Part shown: positions 28,311-38,215 of the stretch, piece after piece
Layout: each line of letters begins with the position of its first letter
How positions within the stretch are numbered: position 1 is the first letter of the stretch
NCBI GenBank assembly: GCA_020696385.1
Contig: JAEHCQ010000001.1
Location: 1-64,000 of the forward strand
Direction of reading: 5' to 3'
DNA: 64,000 nucleotides
Origin: Methanobacteriota archaeon
Lineage (GTDB): Archaea > Thermoplasmatota > Thermoplasmata > SG8-5 > JAGLSY01
Notes under the pieces: generated by a model
Seen by the model: the letters and a program-made list of their open reading frames with translations, nothing else
Databases searched by the model: none
What the model was told of the DNA's origin: nothing
Program-made: the position numbers and the translations under genes

Positions 28311-28706
28311 ATGCTGACTGAGATTAGTGATTATATCGGAATGGAGGTTTACACGAACAAGGGAATTACCCTTGGGAACATAGATGACCTCATTATCGAG
28401 ACAGATTCCCAGAAGATAGAGGGACTTTACATTAGCAACCCAAACCCCTTGCTCGTAGAGCATTCAAGGGCTGTTAGTGTACCATATAGATGGATCCAGC
28501 ATGTTGGCGATATCGTCATTCTCAAGTATTTTCCAAAGTTCGTGAGAACCGCTGCCACTCCAGAGAGAGTGCCAAAGACCAGAAAGCTGGCTCAGGACAT
28601 TAAGCATGCGGCACATACTGCAGAGGAGAAGATCATAGCTGCCGAACATCATGCGGTTGACAAGATCAAAACCCTGGAGCATCACAAGAAAGAAGAAGTT
28701 GAGTAA
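28311..28706 (+). CDS. PRC-barrel protein (archaeal CdpB-like)
   Basis: YIGMEVYTNKG..LG.IDDLII, VPYRWIQHVGDIVIL; His-rich helical tail. Confidence 0.85.
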   Translation: MLTEISDYIGMEVYTNKGITLGNIDDLIIETDSQKIEGLYISNPNPLLVEHSRAVSVPYRWIQHVGDIVILKYFPKFVRTAATPERVPKTRKLAQDIKHAAHTAEEKIIAAEHHAVDKIKTLEHHKKEEVE

Positions 28707-28743
28707 TCCGACCAATATACTTTAATGAAATAGCTTTAGCTAT

Positions 28744-30231
28744 CTATATTTCCTTATCGGGCTCTATATCGATATTCGTAGATACATCTGCATCAATACT
28801 AGCAGATGGATCGCCCTCACTTTCTTCGGCTCCCTCATTCCCAATATCGATGCCATGATCAGCATCTGGCACCAGGGTTTCCACCTCTCTGATAGTCTTA
28901 ATACTGTAAGCGATGCAAGCAACGATAGTGGATATCAGCCCACTAACCAGGATCATGAAGCCCATTCCAGCCCCGGGTCCAGTCCCTACGAGCCATCCGA
29001 ACTGATCGACCATGGAACCACCTTCCATAAAAGCAGGTTCGAATACCATATCTGCAAGGGGTCCAACAAGGACCATGGAAACAGCCGAGGCCCCCTGGGC
29101 GATCACACCGCGTGCGGCAAATACCCGCCCCTGTTTATTAGCAGGAACCTTGGACTGCCATATAGCCTGGCTGGAGCCATTTAGTGTTGGCATCATAAGC
29201 ATGGTCAGGAACCCGGCGACCATCCAGAAGATAGGTGTTTGTCCAATTCCAAATCCTATAGAGAATCCAATTCCAGCAATTATCATACCTCCCAGCAGAC
29301 CATTAATTTTCTTCTTCGGGCCTCCCCATACAGCCAGCATGATACCGCCGATGACACCACCGACCGCGAGCACAGTTTGTACAGATGCCAGTATAGCTCT
29401 GTCAGATCCGGTTCTGGCAAGTATCATGGGCATAAATACCACCATTCCAAAAGTGGATATTAGATTGAAAGTAAAAAAGGTCATCTGGAGACCGAATAAA
29501 GGCTTCCGATTGTAGATATAGCGGAAGCCATAGATAGCATCTTTAAATACACCAAATGTTCCTTTCTGAAGATCATCAGCAGGCGGAGGCTGTGGGATAT
29601 GCACAAAGAGCAGAACACCTATAGCAAAACTGAAGGTAACTATGTCCACCAGCAAAATACCCTTCAAACCAATGGCGACCAGCAAAATGACAGCCATCGG
29701 TGGTCCAAATATACCTGCCACCGAACCGACCATCCCAACCAAGCCACTGGCTCGGGCATAATCCTTCTTCTCCACCATCATGGAGATGGCCGATGAATAG
29801 GCAGGCCACTGGAATGCACCGAAGGTTCCGATAAAGATGCCGATCACATAAAGATGCCAGATCTCCAGATATCCCGTCGAGTACAATATGAGAATGACAA
29901 TAGTGCCGATGCCAGCAGCCAAATCGCTCAACATCATGGCTTTTTTACGATTCATGCGGTCCACAAGAGATCCTGCGACAGGAAGCATGATCATGAGCGG
30001 AGCAAAAGTGAAGAAACCCATAAGAGCAAGAGCAGTGGCTTCATGAGTTTGATCCCATATCCATAGCATCAGACCAAATTGGGTCATGGCAGAGCCAAGA
30101 ACTGAAACAAGCTGGCCCACCCAAACAAGTCCAAAGGTCTTCATTCCCTTTGGTTTCATGTCATTGGCCTGATCTGATTCTGCCCCTGAAGAGGCAGAAT
30201 CAGGAGTAATGGTCAATTCTTCTTCTGTCAT
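28744..30231 (-). CDS. MFS efflux transporter (paralog of 2947-4383)
   Basis: GSLVDRMNRKKAM; shares SSQAIWQSKV and FGWLVGTGPGAGMG with the first copy. Confidence 0.9.
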   Translation of the reverse strand: MTEEELTITPDSASSGAESDQANDMKPKGMKTFGLVWVGQLVSVLGSAMTQFGLMLWIWDQTHEATALALMGFFTFAPLMIMLPVAGSLVDRMNRKKAMMLSDLAAGIGTIVILILYSTGYLEIWHLYVIGIFIGTFGAFQWPAYSSAISMMVEKKDYARASGLVGMVGSVAGIFGPPMAVILLVAIGLKGILLVDIVTFSFAIGVLLFVHIPQPPPADDLQKGTFGVFKDAIYGFRYIYNRKPLFGLQMTFFTFNLISTFGMVVFMPMILARTGSDRAILASVQTVLAVGGVIGGIMLAVWGGPKKKINGLLGGMIIAGIGFSIGFGIGQTPIFWMVAGFLTMLMMPTLNGSSQAIWQSKVPANKQGRVFAARGVIAQGASAVSMVLVGPLADMVFEPAFMEGGSMVDQFGWLVGTGPGAGMGFMILVSGLISTIVACIAYSIKTIREVETLVPDADHGIDIGNEGAEESEGDPSASIDADVSTNIDIEPDKEI

Positions 30232-30355
30232 TCTTCACCTATTTCTGTTGTAATATACAAGATAATTGACAAGTGAGTATATAATATAACTGGAAATTAG
30301 TGACCAGTTTATTGCAAAGATAAAGGGTTGTACTGTATTACTGGACATAGATCTA

Positions 30356-30874
30356 TCAGCACAGATAATCGATGAACTTATGCAACGGCATACCTTCTTC
30401 GAACTTCAAGGCAATATTCCCTTGCTTCGTGATGTGAACCCTCGGCAATATGTCATAGACGATCTTCGCTGTGCCAGTTATCTCATAATCCGGCATATCG
30501 ACCGTGAAAACAACCCATGCATCATTACCTCGTACACCCTTTAGCCTGAAGGCGTAAACCGGGAAAACATTGGCGCGTTTACATTCGCCAATGAGCTCTT
30601 CCGCCTGTTTGCTGGCACGTCCACTTGATTCTGAAAAACGGATGGTCTTGTAAGAGCTGGCCTTTACCTCGATGGGAAAAGAAAAGTCACCTCGAATGGC
30701 CACCAGGTCCACACCAAAAGAACCAGCTGCTCGTATGACGATAAAGGGTTTTTCCAGGATCTTCAGATAGGAAGAATGAACATCTGGCGGACTGGTTTTG
30801 CTAACCTTGTTCACCATCTTCTCATCACCATTGAGTATTCCTTTTAGCTCCCTTTCGAACACACTTGCGGACAT
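30356..30874 (-). CDS. hjc: Archaeal Holliday junction resolvase
   Basis: FERELK, RAAGS.GVDLVA, IEVK (PD-(D/E)xK). Confidence 0.85.
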   Translation of the reverse strand: MSASVFERELKGILNGDEKMVNKVSKTSPPDVHSSYLKILEKPFIVIRAAGSFGVDLVAIRGDFSFPIEVKASSYKTIRFSESSGRASKQAEELIGECKRANVFPVYAFRLKGVRGNDAWVVFTVDMPDYEITGTAKIVYDILPRVHITKQGNIALKFEEGMPLHKFIDYLC

Positions 30875-30993
30875 AAGCCAGTGTAATGCCGTATCTTGTA
30901 AAAACTTTGGCACAGAAAAAGCTATTACAGGCATATATGGATGTAAAAAAATCAACCAAAAACTTATAAGTGCCCGGCAACATATGATGAAAT

Positions 30994-31326
30994 ATGGCTG
31001 AGGAAGATAGTCTCATGAGCTCAGATGCAGAGGTCGAAGCCGAATTGAAGAGAATAGAAGATGAGATGGATGCAGAGCCTGGCCTTATCGATATTGGAAG
31101 GCTTGGGCAGGGGATGATCATGCTAGGAACCATTAGTTTTGTCACTTATTTTGCATTGACCTTACTGTCCACAGAGGTACTGGCATCAGATTCCTGGGGC
31201 ATGTTCAATTTCTGGAGTGTCAATCGATTTCTCGCAGTTGCCGTGATAAGCCTTGGCATGATAATATTCGGGTATATACTGGCTAAGAGCTCGGGCAGTT
31301 CTTTTGGGAATGAAATGGATAATTAG
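30994..31326 (+). CDS. Hypothetical 2-TM protein
   Basis: Acidic N-terminus, two TMs. Confidence 0.6.
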   Translation: MAEEDSLMSSDAEVEAELKRIEDEMDAEPGLIDIGRLGQGMIMLGTISFVTYFALTLLSTEVLASDSWGMFNFWSVNRFLAVAVISLGMIIFGYILAKSSGSSFGNEMDN

Positions 31327-31364
31327 ATCGAACCGATTATCCAAAGATATCGTTTCGTTATAGC

Positions 31365-32690
31365 TTACGGCTCAAGTCGGTACATGTCCCTGGGGAAAAG
31401 CACACATTCTCTGATATTCGGCAATGCCAGTACCATCTGTACCAGCCTTTCAATTCCAAGACCAAATCCACCATGCGGGGGCATACCATACATGAAGGTT
31501 TTGAGATAGAATTCAAAAGCATCCGGATCCAGATCCGCTTCCTTCATCTGCTTTATCAGAATATCGTATCTGTGCTCCCTCATTCCGCCTGAAACGATCT
31601 CCTGGCCTCTATAATCCATATCGAAGTATCCAGTAAGGTCGGGGTTGTCATCAACCCTTCTGGCATAGAATGTACCGATCTTCAATTCGCTTGGGAAATC
31701 GGTTATGAAATACAGGTCCTCATCGAACTTGTCCTTCATCACCTGGCCAAGTACTTTCTCAGCCTCCGTGTCCAGATCACCCTCGAGCTTCTTTCCAGCT
31801 TCGGCCAGCATTTCCTTGGCCTCGGCATAGCTGACCTTTCTGAGCTCGCCTTTTGGTGCCTTGAAGTCAGGGTTCAATTCCCTTATCTCATCTCCCATTA
31901 CCTCATCCAGCTTAGTAAGAACATGGCATATCAGAGAATCCAAGATATTCATGATATCCTCGGATGAATTTACAAAGGACATCTCCACGTCCAGTGATAT
32001 GAATTCAGCAATATGACGCACTGTATCGGATTCCTCCGCCCTGAAGGCTGGTGCGATCTCGTATATCCTATCGAATCCAGATGCCATGAGCGTCTGCTTA
32101 TACAATTGTGATGATTGAGCCAGATAAGCTGGCTTGCCAAAATAATCGAGGGTGAAAAGTGTTGAGCCACCCTCGGCACCCGCGGCGACGATCTTCGGAG
32201 TGTTCACTTCATCAAATCCTGCATTATCGAGGAAGGCTCTAATCTCCTTCGTGATGATACGCCTGACCCTGAATATCCTGGATATCTCTTCCTTCCTAAG
32301 ATCGAGGAAGCGATTGTTCAGTCTTGTGTCCAGATCTGCGTCCACCTTGTCCACCACACCCAATGGGAGGGGTGCATTGGCCTTGTTCAATACTTCGAAT
32401 TCAGTAGGAAGCATCTCGAACCCGGATTTGACCTGGGCATTGGCCTTGATCTCGCCCATCACGACTATCGCGGATTCTCGGACAATACTGGTGATCTCTG
32501 CAAATACATCGTCACCCAGCTTCTTCTTCAATGCAGTTACCTGCGTGATCCCTGTCCTATCGCGAACGTGTATGAATGCTATGCCGCCCAGGTTACGGGT
32601 GTCCTGCACCCAGCCAGCTATTACGCCCTCTGGTTCAGCTTCCGTGATCTCCGAGCTGAATTTCCTCTTGCTTAGATCGATGCCAGTCAT
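31365..32690 (-). CDS. aspS: Archaeal aspartyl-tRNA synthetase
   Basis: OB fold GWVQDTRNLGG, RLNNRFLDLR, motif 2 FRAEES..RH..EF.SLDVE, motif 3 GMPPHGGFGLGIERL. The L1 loop QVKSG has Lys rather than Pro, which hints at the discriminating type. Confidence 0.95.
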   Translation of the reverse strand: MTGIDLSKRKFSSEITEAEPEGVIAGWVQDTRNLGGIAFIHVRDRTGITQVTALKKKLGDDVFAEITSIVRESAIVVMGEIKANAQVKSGFEMLPTEFEVLNKANAPLPLGVVDKVDADLDTRLNNRFLDLRKEEISRIFRVRRIITKEIRAFLDNAGFDEVNTPKIVAAGAEGGSTLFTLDYFGKPAYLAQSSQLYKQTLMASGFDRIYEIAPAFRAEESDTVRHIAEFISLDVEMSFVNSSEDIMNILDSLICHVLTKLDEVMGDEIRELNPDFKAPKGELRKVSYAEAKEMLAEAGKKLEGDLDTEAEKVLGQVMKDKFDEDLYFITDFPSELKIGTFYARRVDDNPDLTGYFDMDYRGQEIVSGGMREHRYDILIKQMKEADLDPDAFEFYLKTFMYGMPPHGGFGLGIERLVQMVLALPNIRECVLFPRDMYRLEP

Positions 32691-32843
32691 GAATATCAGT
32701 CCTTGAACATTGCATTTGACTTTGAACCAAATGCGAAATTCAAGGACTGAGAAACTGCATTCAATATAAAAACCATACTAATGATAAAATGAAGGAATTA
32801 TAACATCAAGATACAATAATCATTAAATAGATAAGTCAATAGA

Positions 32844-33608
32844 TCAGCCAGTATAATATTCCAGTGTCCTAGTGAAGAATTTATCATCTACCACCTGAAC
32901 ACCCTCTACAGGCTCATGATCAGATACGAAACCAAACCAGTATACGACAATTCCATTACCAAATATCTCGGTATATGGGATCAATTGCTTCTTCATGTTC
33001 CTTCTAATCTCCACATTATCACCGAAATTCGCCTTGGATTCTATCCAGATGATCTCCACGCCATCTATGGTAATAGGCTCGTCCAGAAGGACATCGGGTG
33101 TCTTCTTGAACTCTCCCTTTAGATCATCCTCATTCCTGTAAGTGAGACCATTGTCATCCAGCCACTTGTTCAGTCTGTCCTCTCCCTTTATTCCTCTAAG
33201 GGTCTGAACTTCCATGCCAGCAGGAGAATACAGGATATCGTTCTGAACCACATCCTGAATCTCATTCCTGAGACGGGCATTCTTTATCTTGGAAGGGTCA
33301 TTGACAAACTTCCAGTAATCCTTGCGAGCATAACCCATGTGCCTCATAAGTATTAGAGACAGAAGTATGGGGGGAAAATCCTCGCGATATGCCAATTGGA
33401 GCAATGGAGTGCCTTTTTTCCACTGCCATTCTAGTTGCTGGGCTTTGTTCTTCACCCTGTAATACCTCTTCGTAGCGTCCCGGACTATGCGATGAGTGTA
33501 TAGAATGAGAAGTAATTCACGATTCCCCTCTATCTCCCTTGCCACCTTGTTGATGTCGGATGGCTTCCGTAGTCTGGATACTAGATCTCTGTATTCTTTA
33601 GTGTTCAT
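32844..33608 (-). CDS. TPD-motif PD-(D/E)xK protein (C15orf41/CDIN1-like)
   Basis: GIKGE..L, KTPDVLL, WIESKANFGD, QL.PY...FG.G.VVYWFG. Confidence 0.82.
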   Translation of the reverse strand: MNTKEYRDLVSRLRKPSDINKVAREIEGNRELLLILYTHRIVRDATKRYYRVKNKAQQLEWQWKKGTPLLQLAYREDFPPILLSLILMRHMGYARKDYWKFVNDPSKIKNARLRNEIQDVVQNDILYSPAGMEVQTLRGIKGEDRLNKWLDDNGLTYRNEDDLKGEFKKTPDVLLDEPITIDGVEIIWIESKANFGDNVEIRRNMKKQLIPYTEIFGNGIVVYWFGFVSDHEPVEGVQVVDDKFFTRTLEYYTG

Positions 33609-33739
33609 TGGCAATACCCTTCTCAGAGTTAGCCTTGTAATGATGGTATTTTATTAAAGAGTTATGCCATCCTTATTTTATTAAATTAATAGAAAAACCC
33701 TTTTATCATGATGACCTTCCATGTTCGGGAGGTAAAATA

Positions 33740-34765
33740 ATGCGTGCAGCAATGTATTATAATAATCAAGATGTCCGAATAGAGGACGTTCCAAAGCCAG
33801 AGATCGGATCAAAGGAGATCATGGTCAAGGTAATGGCCAGTGGCATCTGTGGTTCGGATGTCATGGAATGGTATCGCATTAAAACAGCCCCTCGTGTGCT
33901 CGGTCATGAGATCGCCGGAAAGGTGGTCGAGGTCGGATCAGATGTCAAGAATTTTAAGGTCAGAGATAGGGTCTTCGTATCACATCATGTTCCCTGCGAT
34001 TCATGCAGCCATTGTCAATTAGGAAATCACACGGTCTGCGAACAATTAAGAAGCACGAACTTCGACCCAGGTGGATTCTCGGAATATGTCCGAGTACCGG
34101 AAGTGAACCTGAACAATGGTGTCTTCATACTACCTGATAATATGTCATACCCAGTCGGGACATTCATCGAACCATTGGCCTGTGTTGTCCGCGGCCAGAG
34201 AAGGGCCGAGATGAGAGCTGGGCAAACAGTGCTGGTCATCGGTAGTGGCATATCTGGATTACTGCACATAAAATTGGCACTGGCAAAGGGTGCCGATAGA
34301 GTAATTGCCTCGGACATTGTAGAAAGTCGGATGGAGATGGCTAGAAAGGTTGGAGCAGAGGCAGTTATCGATGCCAGGAGCGACCTTCCAAAAAGATTAA
34401 GATCCTGGAATCGGGGAGAATTGGCAGATCTCGTCATAGTCTGCGCGGGCTCGAAAGCAGCTATTGAGCAGGGATTGAAATGTGTGAATGCCGGAGGAAA
34501 TATCCTTCTGTTCGCCTCCACAAAACCAGAAGTGGAGATATCCATCGAGCCGTGGGAGTTCTGGAAGAATGGAAATAATCTGATCACCACCTATGCGGCA
34601 GCTCCAGAGGATATCGAGGAAGCCATAGAGCTCTTGGATACTGGCGCGGTGCAGGTGAAAGATATGATCACACACAAATTGCCACTTAGAGATGCGGCAA
34701 AGGGATTCCAGCTGATGACGGAAGCCGATAACAGCATGAAAGTTATTATCGAACCGCATAAGTAG
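33740..34765 (+). CDS. Zn-dependent alcohol dehydrogenase (sorbitol/threonine DH-like)
   Basis: GICGSD, GHE, CDSCSHC...C, GSGISG. Confidence 0.92.
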   Translation: MRAAMYYNNQDVRIEDVPKPEIGSKEIMVKVMASGICGSDVMEWYRIKTAPRVLGHEIAGKVVEVGSDVKNFKVRDRVFVSHHVPCDSCSHCQLGNHTVCEQLRSTNFDPGGFSEYVRVPEVNLNNGVFILPDNMSYPVGTFIEPLACVVRGQRRAEMRAGQTVLVIGSGISGLLHIKLALAKGADRVIASDIVESRMEMARKVGAEAVIDARSDLPKRLRSWNRGELADLVIVCAGSKAAIEQGLKCVNAGGNILLFASTKPEVEISIEPWEFWKNGNNLITTYAAAPEDIEEAIELLDTGAVQVKDMITHKLPLRDAAKGFQLMTEADNSMKVIIEPHK

Positions 34766-34836
34766 GAAGCTATTTCATCTATACCTGGGCATATCTCATA
34801 TACCTAAGAAGAACTCATTTTACCAATGATTAGCCA

Positions 34837-35073
34837 TTATTCATTCTCATCATCATCTGGCCCTTTCTTGGCCAGATAGACTGTGTATGATATTGGGATT
34901 ATCACACTGAGAATAATAAGAACTCCCGCTAGCAAGAAAAGACCATCATGGGCGGCTTCGGACATATCACTATCCAATGAAGCAACTCCCATTATCATAA
35001 GTGCGAGAGCCACGCCAGCTGACGTGGCTATCCTCACTCTTCTGACCGATCTGACAGCGCCTTCCAGTTTCAT
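34837..35073 (-). CDS. Small 2-TM hypothetical protein
   Basis: GAGGT SD, two TMs, acidic tail. Confidence 0.6.
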   Translation of the reverse strand: MKLEGAVRSVRRVRIATSAGVALALMIMGVASLDSDMSEAAHDGLFLLAGVLIILSVIIPISYTVYLAKKGPDDDENE

Positions 35074-35101
35074 GATCTACCTCATTATTGGATCAACTGG
35101 C

Positions 35102-36259
35102 TCACGTCACTATCTCGCCGATCTTGTCCATCTCGATAGCCCTTCTGATCTCCATGGCCATTCGCCTTCCAGTGGACATCTCCTTCCTCCACAGAGCATT
35201 GCCGTATGGGTGACCGACAGCCATGTGGACATTGGTTCCTCCACCCACTCTTGGTGCGACATCGTAAATGTAGAAATTTAAGTCTTTATCAACACAGGTC
35301 TGCAAGCAGAATGGTCCGATCACACCAGGGGCATAATGCTCCTTGCTGGCCTCGATATATTTCTCACCCAGCTCGAATGCTTTTTCCAGGAGTGATTCTC
35401 GGAGAGTTGCGGAGTTGTGGCCGCAAACCGTGTACTCGGGCATCTGTTGTTCACCTTCGAGTGTCATCTGCTGTGGAGCTGGAAGCCTGACATGGCCGTC
35501 CAGTGATGTCTCAAAGCGCCAATCGATCCCAGTCAATTCCAGTGGTGCCATTTCCTTCTCGATAGGTGAATAGAAAAAGTCGAGATTGAACACTGGCCCG
35601 ATAACATATCTTTCAATACGGGCTTCGGCCAGTGCCTCCTCTGTGATTATATTGTTCTTGATAAGCTCGGCAGATTTTTTCTGGAACTCGGAATAACTGG
35701 CAGCTGTGAAGAAACCACGCTCCAACTTCTTGATCTTGTGAGGGAGCTTGACCATGACCAGACCGTCGATATCCTTTGGTCCCTCGAGTTTTTCTGGGAA
35801 TGGAAGACCTCCCTGTTCAAGGAGCCAGTAATAATCCTGAGCCTCGCCACGCTCCTCGCTTCTGAGCATATTTCGACTTCCGAACATAGGTACCTGGAAA
35901 TTGTCCTCGATCTCACCGATCGGCACATATGAAGTGAATGAGCGATTTGGTATGAAAAGAACATTGTCCTCAACCAGCTTCTTCTGATTAACTGGCAACA
36001 TTACCTCATCGAATTTGTCATAAAGATGGAACTCGTCCACCATTCCTCGAATGACCTTGCCGCTTGCATCCCTCTGGGACTTGAAGTACTGGGTGTAGGT
36101 CTTTTCACGACCTTTCTGACAAATGGCCAGTGTTGGTAAGTTCTCGGCAATGGCCCCATCACAGACATCCAGGCCTGAATGGGAGGCGACAACGCCCACC
36201 TTCACCTTATCTAGGTCGTAATTCTCTGCAATTTCTTGTATTTCTTTGCGGTCGATCAT
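35102..36259 (-). CDS. purP: PurP-family ATP-grasp ligase (FAICAR synthetase-like)
   Basis: ASHSGLD, PNRSF, ERGFF, RFETSLDG, TLRESLL, GPFCLQ, PRVGGGTN, MSTGRR. Confidence 0.85.
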   Translation of the reverse strand: MIDRKEIQEIAENYDLDKVKVGVVASHSGLDVCDGAIAENLPTLAICQKGREKTYTQYFKSQRDASGKVIRGMVDEFHLYDKFDEVMLPVNQKKLVEDNVLFIPNRSFTSYVPIGEIEDNFQVPMFGSRNMLRSEERGEAQDYYWLLEQGGLPFPEKLEGPKDIDGLVMVKLPHKIKKLERGFFTAASYSEFQKKSAELIKNNIITEEALAEARIERYVIGPVFNLDFFYSPIEKEMAPLELTGIDWRFETSLDGHVRLPAPQQMTLEGEQQMPEYTVCGHNSATLRESLLEKAFELGEKYIEASKEHYAPGVIGPFCLQTCVDKDLNFYIYDVAPRVGGGTNVHMAVGHPYGNALWRKEMSTGRRMAMEIRRAIEMDKIGEIVT

Positions 36260-36349
36260 GCTATCACAGAGTCGGGATGACATTTACATATAAATTTGAT
36301 TTGTATCAAAGGACCAAAAATCTTTAAACACTTTCATGCCTTCACAGAT

Positions 36350-36952
36350 ATGGAATTTACCATGCTGGACCTATTGAGGGCCATTCTGGCTCTATTGCTG
36401 ATATTCTTTATCCCGGGTTTCATTACAGTGAATGCCATATTCCCAAGAAAGGGGGAACTGGATGTAAAGCTGGACACGCTTTACAGGGTGTCTCTTGGTA
36501 TCGGCATCAGCATCGTGATCACCATCCTTACGGGATTCCTATTGAATTCCTTTGGGCCAAATCCAGATACAGGGATCGGATATTTCACACCAGGATATAT
36601 CATACTGGCATTGGCATTGATCTCCCTCGTATCCTTTTGGATCGGATGGTGGCGCGGGGCATATCAGTTCATGGGGAACTGGCATCCTAAACTCATCAGG
36701 CCCGCACCCAGAGATCCAAGAAGTCTTACAGGGCCCATGTTCAGAGACCAGAAAAGAGGATTCGAGTTCAGGCAATTGGTAGAAAAGAAATACAAGGCCA
36801 TCGATAGGATCAGCGAGCTGGAGAAAAAGGAAAAGATGCACGATGGTGAAACAGCCGATTATTATAGGGAGAAAATATCTGGCATCAAAGAGTCCCTGAG
36901 AGATATAGAGGCGAGAATGATAGAACTGGAGCATGAAGAGGGGCCATTATGA
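36350..36952 (+). CDS. DUF1616-like membrane protein with coiled-coil tail
   Basis: FFIPGF....FP...ELD...R..LGIGISI. Confidence 0.7.
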   Translation: MEFTMLDLLRAILALLLIFFIPGFITVNAIFPRKGELDVKLDTLYRVSLGIGISIVITILTGFLLNSFGPNPDTGIGYFTPGYIILALALISLVSFWIGWWRGAYQFMGNWHPKLIRPAPRDPRSLTGPMFRDQKRGFEFRQLVEKKYKAIDRISELEKKEKMHDGETADYYREKISGIKESLRDIEARMIELEHEEGPL

Positions 36953-36977
36953 AACAAGAACATCTGGAGTCGGTATT

Positions 36978-37343
36978 ATGAAGATCGAAGGCGAATACAA
37001 GATGGTGATAGTCGTCAGGACAGATATCAAGCTCAGCCCGGGGAAGATGGGGGCACAGGTCGCCCATGCTGCCGTGAACTGCGCTTTCTCGGCCAAGAAG
37101 AATCATACCAAATGGTTTCGAAAATGGTATGATGAGGGACAAAAGAAGGTCGTGTTGAAGATCAAGAGCCTGGATGAATTACGAGAATTGCAATATCTGG
37201 CCAAGGATGAGGATCTGCCCAATTCACTGATAACCGATGCGGGACATACTCAACTTCCACCAGGAACGGTCACCTGTTTGGGCATAGGGCCAGGGCCAGA
37301 AAATCTAATTGATAAGGTCAGTGGGGACCTGTCTCTTATGTGA
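36978..37343 (+). CDS. pth2: Peptidyl-tRNA hydrolase 2
   Basis: KMVIVVRTD, GKMGAQVAHA, GQKKVVLK, DAGHTQ, GIGP. Confidence 0.96.
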   Translation: MKIEGEYKMVIVVRTDIKLSPGKMGAQVAHAAVNCAFSAKKNHTKWFRKWYDEGQKKVVLKIKSLDELRELQYLAKDEDLPNSLITDAGHTQLPPGTVTCLGIGPGPENLIDKVSGDLSLM

Positions 37344-37345
37344 AG

Positions 37346-37570
37346 AATGAGGGCTCCCCAAGGCTAAAGCCTGGGGTATCCCCTCTGATAAATTATTGAA
37401 GATTATCGAGGAATATGAGCCCTTATTGAATACATACCAAGCTAATACCACAGGCGCGCCCTGCGCCCTGCATCCACAAGCATAAATGCTGTGGTATTAT
37501 GGCTTGGAGATTATTCAATAAAATATGAAAAATACAAAAGAACATCCAGGGATTTTAGTCCTGGATGTTT
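37346..37570. repeat. Cluster of nested REP-like palindromes
   Basis: CCCCAAGGCTAAAGCCTGGGG; CCACAAGCATAAATGCTGTGG; long imperfect IR 37423-37521; AACATCCAGG-N9-CCTGGATGTT. Confidence 0.7.
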
Positions 37571-37591
37571 TAATAGATAATTGATGGTCCA

Positions 37592-38005
37592 TCAAGCTTT
37601 AACTTTCTGTCTGGCCATTATGGATAATACCAAACCGATGAATCCCACTCCTACGCCTGTTAAGAAGAGATAATCTCCATCCATGACGCTCAGAACAACC
37701 AGTATTATCAATCCAAATAGACCGAAGCCAGCTCCGATGGTTATCAGTAACTTTCCCAGCTTGATCTTGTCCTTCTTCTTGAACAGCAATGATCCGAATA
37801 TCACCAATAGACCACCGAGTGACCCAAGCAATACCAGCACGGCGAAGACCATCTGAAGTGATTCGCTGTCCGATATCTCGGCCACTGCACTTCCGATAGA
37901 ATCCCAGGCTGCTGCACCAGTGACTCCAGCGATCAACATCAATATCCCGCCGATGATAGCAAATATCATCGCCTGCTCATTATTTTTCAATTTTTTCTTT
38001 GCCAT
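37592..38005 (-). CDS. Hypothetical 4-TM membrane protein
   Basis: Gly-rich TMs. Start ATG 38005 with a GGGAG SD; the longer ORF call runs through the hairpin leader. Confidence 0.75.
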   Translation of the reverse strand: MAKKKLKNNEQAMIFAIIGGILMLIAGVTGAAAWDSIGSAVAEISDSESLQMVFAVLVLLGSLGGLLVIFGSLLFKKKDKIKLGKLLITIGAGFGLFGLIILVVLSVMDGDYLFLTGVGVGFIGLVLSIMARQKVKA

Positions 38006-38016
38006 ATTAATCTTCT

Positions 38017-38117
38017 CCCTTCGATTCCGAAGGTCTTGAATGCGCGAATGAATTCGTGCATTCAAAGCTTCGAGTTTTCGAAGCTCTGAATGCAATCACT
38101 TACATTCTCGCATTCAG
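38017..38117 (-). promoter_or_regulatory. Multi-hairpin 5' leader, family 1 copy A
   Basis: Minus strand TGAATGC-N16-GCATTCA / GAGCTTCGA-AAAC-TCGAAGCTT / TGAATGCACGAA-TTCA-TTCGCGCATTCA; homologous to 44023-44106. Confidence 0.65.
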
Positions 38118-38215
38118 ACTTCCCTCCAATACTTTCTTTGAGCCTGAAGATTGAAATGATGCTTATTAATATATTCCCTATAGAAGCATAAATCCAGTAT
38201 GGATATTAGAGCGGA

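Noticed and set aside
28744-30231. Two MFS paralogs as a recent mobile duplication
   Set aside because: Clearly diverged with no shared flanks; ordinary paralogy.
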